From Cercozoa sp. M6MM (taxonomy: Eukaryota; Protista; Endomyxa: Ascetosporea), in NCBI GenBank assembly GCA_040357565.1, contig JBDODJ010000006.1: a stretch of DNA of 64,000 bases; one strand, given 5' to 3'. Below, one piece after another: positions 38,417 to 48,759 of the stretch. Numbering within the stretch: the first letter of the stretch is position 1; each line of letters begins with the position of its first letter. A model generated the notes under the pieces. It made no database searches. It worked only from the letters and a program-made list of their open reading frames with translations, and was not told the origin of the DNA. Position numbers and translations under genes: made by a program.

Positions 38417-38657
38417 ATGGGACTGCGCCATGTGTTGGATAGGACATCCCCACTCGTATGATTAGCTTCCAATAAAATTCAGCTGTCTCTACTCCTTTTT
38501 TCTGCCATCTTACTTGTTGTGTGCAGTGGCTCGCTGCGTACGCAGGTTGTGTGACCTTCCTGCTGTACACATGCAACTACTTTGTGCGCATGCCGGTTTT
38601 TGCCGGAAAGTACACGGATAAGACCGCTTTTGGGTATCAGTCAATCCATATCTGCAG

Positions 38658-38699
<42 letters not shown>

Positions 38700-38799
38700 N
38701 NNNNNNNNNNNNNNNNNNNNNNNNNNNNNNNNNNNNNNNNNNNNNNNNNNNNNNNNNNNNNNNNNNNNNNNNNNNNNNNNNNNNNNNNNNNNNNNNNNN

Positions 38800-38848
<49 letters not shown>

Positions 38849-40666
38849 CCAGTATTTGTGCAGACTCGATCTCAAAATCGCTTTCAGTCTGGCCCAAGAG
38901 TTTGGCCTTTCCATCTTCAAGATCCCGACGATCCTGTACTTTCCGGGTCTGCCGCGGCGTAGGTGGCCTGCGGCGCTGCTTACTTGCTTCTCACTCTCCG
39001 TGCTGCCGCTCATTGTGATGACCTGGGTGTCGCACGAGTGGCAGGTCATCATGGTATTCCTGAGTGCAGCTGCCATGTGGTACACTCTGCCATGTCGTTT
39101 CAGAGTCTTTTCTGTTTACGTTTCGCGTTTCTATAGTCCGGTATTTGCATTGATCGTGCGTTTCATCGAGGGACGTCGTATGACTGAATCGATCATGGCC
39201 CTCTTCCTTTTCAGCATCGTGTTTGCGAGTGGTAACTTTTGTACATGAGTCTTTCCAAGTATACATTGTCTTGCTGTATGTTTTGGTTGTATCAACAGGT
39301 CTAGCCAAGACCACGGGCACGGCGTTGCTCAAGTCGGGTGTCTCAGAGGACTTCATGCCAGGCCTGGTGGCGATGTGCGTGCTGCCAATCTCGCTGCTGC
39401 TGATATTTTTGCTCAAGGAGCTGCCCCCACCCACCGCGGTAACTCATACGCCAAGCACGGCACAGTGCAGTTATACTTGTTGCTTCTGCAGGATGACATT
39501 GCCGCTCGCAACGAGCGTGTTCCTATCTCGGTATTGTTTCTGCTCAATCTATTTTCGGCAGCTGTTCTATGGGTATGTGTTTGTGCTCATCAGGTGCGGG
39601 ATCAAGTGCGCTGGCTCAAGGCGTGGTGGCCGGGTCTGACCGCATTGATTTTGACCTACACGATCTCCGTTGGCTATCGCATGTACAGGTACCCCAGTGG
39701 TTTAGTTTGCTATATCGTGTCTGCGCAACATCAACATCACTTGTCTACAGAGATGTGTTTGCTGTCGACATTTTCGAGGAGCTTCTCGGCGACGGCACCA
39801 CGCCGGCGATTTACACAATGTCGGAGACGGTGGTCGGTGTGTTTGTCACCGTCGTGATTGGTCTGCTGACACTGGTGAGGAGCAACAACCACGCGCTGGC
39901 CTTGCTGCTGCTGGAAATGCTCGTCGGCTGCGTCATCGTTGTCGTGTGCGCCATCGTTTTCACTGCGGGCAGACCGTCTTTCGACGAGACGCCGTTCTCG
40001 CTGTCGCTTGTGCTCACCCTCATGATTGGCAGTGGCGCCGGTCTCTACGTACTGTCATCTGTGTTCTCTGCAATCTTCGGCCTTGCAAATGAACGTCGGC
40101 TGTGTAGCTGCCGCATATGCTGATGGGGCCGACGTTGTACGACCGTCTCATGGCCGTGGCAGGCGACAACTTTACCATCAGCTTCCTGTCGTGTACACCA
40201 TACTCTATACTTCGTCTTTGATGCGTAAATTGAAGCTTTGTTTTGCGCAGACTTGTCGGACGGTCTGGGCCACGTTGGCACCATGACGGTGATGCTCTAC
40301 GATCAGTTTGGCAGCGGCGAGTTTAGGTATGTTCTGAGTGATATTGATGTATCGAATGCCTGCACCTTTAACTTGTGCTGTGAGTGCAGCAAGGCGCAGT
40401 TCTTTGAGCAGATGAGCTACTGGGCCGGTGTTGGCATGGGGATTCTGGTTGTTTTGGCGGCTCTGTATCTCGCCTTTGTCGTACCGGCCAGACAAGGCGT
40501 TGTCGAGTATCAGGAGGACGATGCGGAGGTGGGCATCCACAAGAATGCTCCCGATGGCGAGGACGATCTCACTGCCTCTCTCCTGTCGCATGCGCACCCC
40601 ACCGGTGGCGAGTGCGCCAGTGACGAGGCCTCCATCCAAGCGAATAACACGCCAACCAGTCTGTAG
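38417..40666 (+). CDS. DUF5690-like (MFS-fold) polytopic membrane protein
   Basis: YTCNYFVRMPVF..DLKIAFSLAQEFG..K; RFIEGRRMTE; SGLAKT; FMPG; LKELPPPT..DIAARNER; YDRL; DGLGHVGT. Confidence 0.75.
38659..38845 (+). repeat. (TG)n microsatellite, intronic, containing a 100-N gap
   Basis: Direct reading; true length unknown. Confidence 0.95.
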
Positions 40667-40986
40667 CTTGTCGGCCCCAGACGTGCCGTGATAGATCGCT
40701 ATCTTTTCTTTGTTTCCGTTCGTTTTCTTGAGTGGAATGAGTGACCGCATTATCATCAACGTAGGAAACCAATTAGCGTACACAACGGAACGGAACAGAG
40801 CAGCGCAGACCCCATCCATCCGATCCGATCGGCATTCGAACGCTGTCAAGAAAACTGCACAGCCAGCCGTGAGTTGCATCGCTACATTGAGCAACGTACG
40901 TCGGGGTGTGAGTGTTTTGCTGAGAACGCAACAATAGACCTCGCGCTCCAATCAGAGCTAAGAGCGACCATTGTTTTTTCGCAAGA

Positions 40987-42194
40987 ATGGACATTCAGCG
41001 CTACTTTGGTGTGATTCCCTCGCCAGGTGCCAAAGATCTGAAGGAAGGTGCAAACATTGTGGTCTCTGTGCTGCACAAAGGCAAGCATGCGGGTTGTCTT
41101 TCGGCCAAGGTGTATGTCATGCATAGTTCATCGACATGATAGGAGTTTGTGTGGTGTGGTTTATCTTTAGGTACTCACTGCAGTGGTGTGAAAGGAAGCT
41201 GCCTTTGCTAGGCCAAGACCTGGCAAACTGGGTGGCTTTGCACCGCAAGAACGGCGCGGATTGGGGCGTCGGTGAACAAGACGCTGTGTTGCACCTGCAC
41301 GTGGTCGAACTGGCGCGCGAGTTCCGCAACACTGACTTGAGCGCCTTCCTCATTGATGCCTTGATGCAGAAGGCGTTCGAGCTGGCCTTGACGGCGACGC
41401 AGTGTGCGGACAAGAACAGACTGCACGTGTTCCTTAAGGCGACACCTATGCTCAGTACAGACACTGCTGACACGTGCGATGCAGCACGACTCAGGGAAAT
41501 CGAGATGAAAATCGCTGCCTCGTGGATGCAGGTAGCTTTCACTGTTGTCTGTATTTTGTTATAGCACTCGTGTTGTTTAATTTGCGACTGTAGCACGGGT
41601 GTCAACCGGTGTGGACGTGGCGTCCTGGTCTCCTCAACCGCGTGGCTGAAACTGCCTCAAGCAACGAGCACACCGACAACGATGAGACGAGTCAGTATCT
41701 GCAGAATGCAACGTGCTTGTTCCCCATGCTGATGCACGTCACTCCTGCCGAGTGGAAGGCACAACGGAAGATTCACAAAGAAGACGCCTGTATGGTAATC
41801 TTGCATGCTTTATGCGTTCTTCCTATACAACCTTCAAATGTCTCGGTAGGTGTTGGCCGAAGAGCTTAACAACATTGAAGCCAGGCCAGTTGACACACCT
41901 GTCCTCTCGCATATGGCGCACATTTATGACATCTACGCCTGTCTCGGTGCCGTGAATTTTGCCATGCCTGTGCATGTGGCGCGTCGGCTTCTCCTCCAGC
42001 AGTGCACGCCAGAGGAACAAGCTCAGCGCATGGTGTGTCCTTCTCTGTTAGAACGGGACTGCTTAAATATCCTGTTTTGCCAGATTTGGGAAACCTCACT
42101 CCAAAAACGCCTGCTGGTCGCAGCTCGCCAACGACAAGCGCAACAACGGGCTACCTCCACACCGAAGAATGGAACATCAGGTCTCCATCAGTAA
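40987..42194 (+). CDS. Uncharacterised helical protein (spliced)
   Basis: ATG at 40987; exon ORFs 41136-41564, 41609-41869 and 41850-42194 separated by GT-AG introns. Confidence 0.5.
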
Positions 42195-42422
42195 AAACTG
42201 GAGCATGCATACGTGCGCTAGTTAGTTAGTTCAGTCTATTAAGACTGAAACCAACTATGTACGGTATTTTTCCCCTGTACCAGTCCGGCGTCACAAGCCT
42301 ACGATACGTACGCTACTTTAGACAGACTGTAATATCGTGTCGAACGGGCTGGTGTTACCTCTCTGGCCTACACTAGTACCTTACGAAACAAACGACAGCT
42401 TAAACGGGCCGGACGCTGCTGC

Positions 42423-43500
42423 TCACGACTCCGATCGTGATAAATCAGTGAGCTGCTGCTGGAGCAGTCGCAGCGTTTCCTTGGCGTCGGGGAGTGCCTC
42501 TACTTGGCGCTTCTGCGTGCGGCTCAACTCGGCAGCGTTGCGCGCGGCCAGTCGCTCGAGGCCCTGCACGCGCTTGCGGAGTGCCTTGAGTTGCGCGCGC
42601 GCGTCGTCGAGAGTGGCAGCATCCAGCGGCGTGTTGGACACAAGAGCAGTGGCCGAGGCGCTGCCGCTCTCGCTATCAGTGTCGGCGCTGACAGGCGCGC
42701 CGTCTCGGAAGATAACTTGCCACTCGCCCGAGCGCTTTGAACGGCGTGTGACCTTTTTGAAGTACCTGGGCGGCACCGAAAGCGTGTCGCTATCGCCCTT
42801 GATACCCGGCGACAGCAGCACGTCGTTGCCGCTGATGAAGAAAGGTACGCCGTCGCGGATGGCTTGCTTGATATCAACGTAGATGTAGATGTCGGCCGAC
42901 GCACGCATACCAGAAATCACGGCGCCTGCAGCACACAGGGACACACAAGGCAAGGATTGACTAGGGCAATACAGACAAGGCAGGGGAGGTATACCATCGC
43001 CCTTGATCTTGTCGCCCGGGGCAAAGTGCACATTGTTGCGACTCATGCTTCTGAGACCAGTGTCGCGAATGAGCGGCCATGACTTGAAGTAGGTGCCGTG
43101 CACGCACAGGTTCGGCGCCGTGTCGAGCGTCACCGGCGTCAGCAGCTCGTGCGACTTGACGTGTGTCATCGTGTGGCCCTGGTGCGCGCGGATGTACCAC
43201 ACACCGTCCTCTTGCTTGAGACCGAAACGCTTCTTCTCGTTGGTGTCAACGCACTCGCGCACATCGGCGAACGTCGCCTTGAGTCGCTGCAGGTCATGCA
43301 GCGCAAGCACGTCCTCCACGGGAGTGTAGCCATCGGCCGACATCTGTCCGGGGGGGGGGGGGTAAACCCAGTCAGAAAACAACATCGCGCAAAGGGTGAC
43401 ACACCTCAAGCCCAAGCTCGGCTGCCTTGTGACGCAAGATTTTCGACAACGTTCGTGACAGCTTCTCTGCCTTTGACATTCGTCGACGAGGCCCACCCAT
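42423..43500 (-). CDS. TPT1: tRNA 2'-phosphotransferase (Tpt1/KptA) with a C-terminal helical extension
   Basis: LSRTLSKILRH; DGY; NEKKRF; IRAHQGHT; VHGT; GLRSMSRNNVHF; ISGMR; SGNDVLLS. Confidence 0.93.
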
Positions 43501-43837
43501 CTTCTCTTCTGCTTTTTTGCTCACCGTGATTGTGCTATTCCAGCTACTTGCTCACTGTAAAACTGCCGTAAGTGTGCTCTAGCGAACGAGCCAGCAAGAA
43601 GAAAACCCAGGAAACTTAATTGTAGCCGCCAGTGTCGACACTATCATCTTCGCGTTTTCTCCCAGCATGCTCGTGCTCGCAATCTCCTGCGATTACCACG
43701 TGTTATACAATAGCTGCACACACGTGTGAGTATGTCAGATCAGTTGCTACGTGATCTGAAGACGACCGGAGGTGACTGGTCGATGTTGCAGTCCGAGTAG
43801 GTGCTGTTTGAGTTAACATGTGTGCTTGTGAGCAGAG

Positions 43838-44406
43838 ATGTGGCGCTATCTTATGGCATGGTCGGTCTCGCTGTGCACGGGTCTGTACGCGCTCGCGGGC
43901 ATCCAATGCGCCCTGACTCTGATGCGTACCCGAGCAGCCATCCGCCGTGACAAGGAACGGTATTTTATTTTTGCTGCAAGCTCCGCGAGATTTTGAGTGT
44001 TTGTACTTTGAGGATAGGGGGCAAGGCAGACATTTGCATCACCGAACTCCACCTCGAAGGTACCCATATCTCCATGCGTTATTAATTTGGCAATCGATCG
44101 ACATTGTGAGCAGTCGGAGATGCCTCGAGGCAACTGCAATCGGATTGGGGATCCCGTTGTTGTTTGCGGTCTTGGGCGCTGTTTTGTCCTTCTGTGTCAC
44201 CGGCATCTTCAATTTTCTGCTGGGTGCACTTAATCTTACGTTTTCTTTCACTTGATTTATAACTAAAATTGCATCCTTTTTGTTTAGCAAAAATGTACGT
44301 GTCGATCCCATATGCGCTCGCAACTCACACCGCGGTGACTCTCGCGTCGGGAGAAGCCGTCTTGCTGGCCTACGTTCATTTGGGTCGCACCGGCAGTGGA
44401 ATCTGA
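43838..44406 (+). CDS. TMEM170-like small membrane protein (4 exons; may extend 5' to ATG 43667)
   Basis: Spliced MWRYLMAWSVSLCTGLYALAGI..GIPLLFAVLGAVLSFCVTGIFNFLLAKMYVSIPYAL..AVTLASGE; splice phases consistent. Confidence 0.55.
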
Positions 44407-44872
44407 CTCGACCTGACCTTGACCCGGACGAAAAGAAACGACGGTTTGCCCGGGCAGACTTTGATCGCAGACGGCACATCGCACCGTTTTTGCTGCAATG
44501 GTTGACCACTGGAAGAGAATGGATCCACTGATCATGACACACGGACGCTTGAACGGGATTGAGACGAGGGTTGCTCTGGCGAAGCTATTCAATGCGGAGA
44601 GCCTAACGTATTTGTGTTCGAGAGGCCGGCGTGCAAGTGACGATGCCGTGACGTGCGTTTTGCCGTTGGTTTTATCATTTGCTTTAATGCGTATCTACTG
44701 GAGCTATCTCTTAGTAGAAATTAAACAAAAAGTCCGGCGTTTACTAGCGTAGTGCTGTAAACGGAGGCGTCGCTAAGGCTTAGCAGCTCAGCGCAGTCGG
44801 CACGCATCCGAACTAGAGCTCCGAACTGAAGCAAGGTGAGACGATAACGGAACCGCACGCCAGAGTGGCTGA

Positions 44873-47208
44873 ATGTTGAGATTTTTCGGGCTTGCGCGAA
44901 AAAAGCACAACCCCGATCCTAGGCGAGGTAGCTTTGATTCTGGTGCACCTCAGTCGAGTCGCAGCAGCTGTTCTACATTGCGGCGCATCATCATGTTAGC
45001 AATCACTGTGGCGTTTTTCGCAGTGTGTAAGCTCATTTTCAATCAAGCTGACCGAGGTTGTGTTGGATGATTGCTTCGCTTTTTTTCGCGCGCTACTGTA
45101 GTGTTGCTGACACTGTCGCAAAGGTTCACTCGTCAGTTGCCAGTTCATTTGCCATGGGGACAGCGCAGGTTGCAGCTCCGCGTGCAAGTGCAGTTCAAGC
45201 AACCGGAGGCTGATGTGGTGAAGCACATGTTGCTCCAGGACGAAGGACAAGTCGCTGCTGAACTTGGCGCCAATCTCTTCTTTGGTTTGACGAGCTCAAG
45301 TGAGTTGACGCTGACGTGGACGGACGTGAACGACACAGTCGAGACCACTCTCGTCGGAAGCAACATTGAAGAGCAGCAACTTCGGGTTAATCAAGGTGTG
45401 CAGTATGACACCGAACTGCTGATGCACCGCCACATGGTGAGAAGCAGAGTGTACGCTACGTTTGAGCCTGCTCCGCAAGTGTCACTCGCGTCAAGCCTCG
45501 CGGTGTTGAGAGCACCCCGACCGACCAGGAAAAGCAAGCATGAACCAGTGACCCCGTCCATGCCACACGTGCAAAGTCGCTACACGGCGCCGTTGTTCGA
45601 CCCAACCTTGTTCCCAAGGGGTATCGTTAACATTGGAGACGCTTGCTCGCTCAATGCGATGCTGCAGTGCTTGGTGACCATAGCTTCAGCCTGTCTGCTA
45701 TTTGCTGATATGTGTAGATACAATACGTTGTGCGTACAGGTGGCAATGCCGGATTGGAGAAGAATTCTGCCGTCGCTCGCAGTGTATCAAAGTCAGGCAC
45801 TGGATGCCGGTCACCTGGCATCAGTTGCATTAGGCGTGTTCGCTTCGGAGTATCTGTCCACAGTGCAGATACCCTATCTCGGTTCGGTAGGTTCCAACTG
45901 CTTCGCACTTGAATTTGGCTGGTCAATTGTGTTGAACCGAACTCGTTTCGATTTAGAACGTGGCAAGACTACAGGAAGCGCTCACGGAAGCTGCACTCAG
46001 TGCAGACGATTACCATGTGACTCCTACTTTGAATCATATTGCAAATTACTAGCACTGTACCTGAGTTCCGTAACCTGTCAGCTTGCAGATGGCGTCGGTG
46101 ATCTCGCAATCGCAAGACACACTCGGTGACCCAGTCGAACCGTTGCTTTTCATCTTGCGAGCTCTGCATACAGGTAACTGAGGATTTTCGATATTTGTCT
46201 CGAATGATAGAAACCTAAATCCCTTAAGCTACAGTGCCTGTCGCCCAGCTGCTTACTAGAAAGTTCGAATTTGATCTTTGCAGGGTCACAGTTTACAGTA
46301 CTTTTTTCGGGGTGCTTTGCCATCAAGGGAGATTTCTCAACTGAACAGGCGAAGGTTTGGAAGTACCGAGAGATTGCCGGCATCGAAAACCATGCGAGGT
46401 TTGAGGTGTGCTCGCAACCGGCGCACCCAGCAGTTCTGTCAGTTCCTTTATTGTCGCACGCCAGCACGATGGATCTGTTAAGCATCATTGCTCGTACTGC
46501 CTTCGCACACGAGGAGCGACAACTGAGCTGCGATTTCTGTGACCGAACGTACCCTTCTCTTGCCATGTTTTGTGTTTCAGATATACGCAATTTTGTGCCG
46601 CAGTCACACAGCAGAAACCTTTGAGGGTCTGAGTGTGCTACCGCAAAGTCTCGTAATTCAACTGCAGCGAGCTACTCAAACTGGACGCTCAAATATGTCA
46701 CTTCGGGTATGCAAAATTGTGCTGAGGACTGGTTTACTTCTACTTCCCTTTGTGAAGCAAGTTCCGTTGGTGATTTTAAGTGAAGATCTCGCGCAATTCG
46801 TTGTCAATAAACAGGAGTAAGGCTTCGTTACTCTGCTTGATAAGTCACGGTGCTGCCATACGTGTACATCAAGCAGGGATCCGCTGGCAGTCTCTTCGGT
46901 GCAGTCGACAGCGCCCGTTTCTCACGTCGACGAGTACCGCTTGCGTGCGGTTGCTTTGCACCGCAGCAGCGACCATCACTGGCGTGCCTTGGTGCGATGG
47001 TCTGACAGCATCGTCAATCCGGTATCGCTTCCTTCTCACAGACCTTGTACGCCCTGTACGATGTTACGTGCATTCAGACAACGTCGGATTGGTACCTCCT
47101 CGACGACGCCAAGCTACCGCAGTTGGTTCCTGCCGCGAACGTCGCACTGAGGTGCTTTCCGTACTTTTGCTGAAAGATGGGATGACTGAACTGATTCATG
47201 TCCTCTAG
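44873..47208 (+). CDS. Divergent USP-family (peptidase C19-like) protein with an N-terminal TM anchor
   Basis: Cys box PRGIVNIGDACSLNAMLQCL; LPQSLVIQLQR; His box YRLRAVALH..HHWRALVR; TM IIMLAITVAFFAVF. Confidence 0.6.
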
Positions 47209-47442
47209 CTTTGGTTCTGAGGCGAGTCTTCTTTTCTATGAGCGAGTCACGGATCGTCGCATGTGAAGGAGTGTGTAGAAAGAGAGTACGAGTCGGTTCA
47301 GTTTCAACAGCCAAGTTGTCAGTAACCAGAACTGACGTCATTGAAGTCATAGTGGCATAAGCCTTGGTGCCAGCTTTACTGTATAAGTTTATTGTATCGA
47401 TACTATCTGGGTAGTTGAGTTACTAAATTTCGAACTTGAAAC

Positions 47443-48599
47443 TTATTCATTGCTTTTAGTACCACGCTCGGGTGGCTCAGATTCCGAGTCCTGTGAGACA
47501 AACAGTGAGCTCTTATCGGGGTCTTCGAAACTCAGTGAGTCGTTAACGAAGGAAGCGTGTGTCATATCGTTGCTGTTGGTTAAGTCGAGGAACCGTTCGC
47601 GGTCGCGACTGAAAGCTCCTTTGTGCTCCGACATGACGCTCTGTGAGATGTGATTTTCTGCTTCTGCTGGTTCAACGAAGAGGAACTCATAGTCGCTATC
47701 AGATTCGAGGTCACTCGAGATGTCCTGGGGCTCAGGAGCTGGCGGTGCCGAGGGCACAACGTCGGTAGCTGGACCAGTCGTGACAAAAGGAGTAGCAGTC
47801 TTGACAGGAGCGCAGTCGTTCAGCTTGACACTCGGGGAGAAAGGCAACGGTATCGGCATCCTCATGTGGGTCTCGATCTCGTCGATATCTACGCTGTCGG
47901 GATCAATCGACACTGGCTCAGGTGGTGGCCGATGCGACGGGTCTGTGACCATCTGCCGAGGTGCACGGGGTCGCGGGTAGCGCACGCGTAGTCGAGGTTT
48001 CTTGCGGCAGCACAGGCGGAGAATATGAAGAGCGGAGAGGCCGAGTGCAACGCCGACTGAGATTAGAGCCCATCTGGGAATGGCCCAGTCGCCTATTTGC
48101 ACATCGCTTGTCCAAAAATTGTCATCATCTTCTTCTGTGGTTGCTCCGTTCACCACTCGCAGCACAAGGGGTGACTACACAAAACTGTACTCAGCTCAGA
48201 GTATCAGTTTACAGAGCAAATTTTACATTGCGCAAGTGCTGTCCCTTGTACTGCACCGAGACATGAACAAACAGCGCTTGATTTTCTTCCAGATTGAGCG
48301 ACACGTCGAATCGGTGTGATTTTCCTCCGTCCTATTTATGTGTGTCAGTGCAGCTACTCGAATGCGGCCCTGTGACAGCAGAAGTGCAGGTACCCGAGAA
48401 ACCAGAGGCGTGTGATCGACCGCGGAAGTGAAGGAGGTCGACGACTTGCTCAACGACGACTTCACGTCGAAATCCGATGCCGGCGCTTTCACTGCCTTGT
48501 CGTCGACGTCTCTCACGAGAAGGAAACACGCGACTTCCCGGCCGCCGTCTTTTATCGTATTGTTGACGCAATGTACATGCTGCACACACACACAAACAT

Positions 48600-48662
<63 letters not shown>

Positions 48663-48693
48663 CACACACACACGCACACACACACACACACAC

Positions 48694-48759
<66 letters not shown>

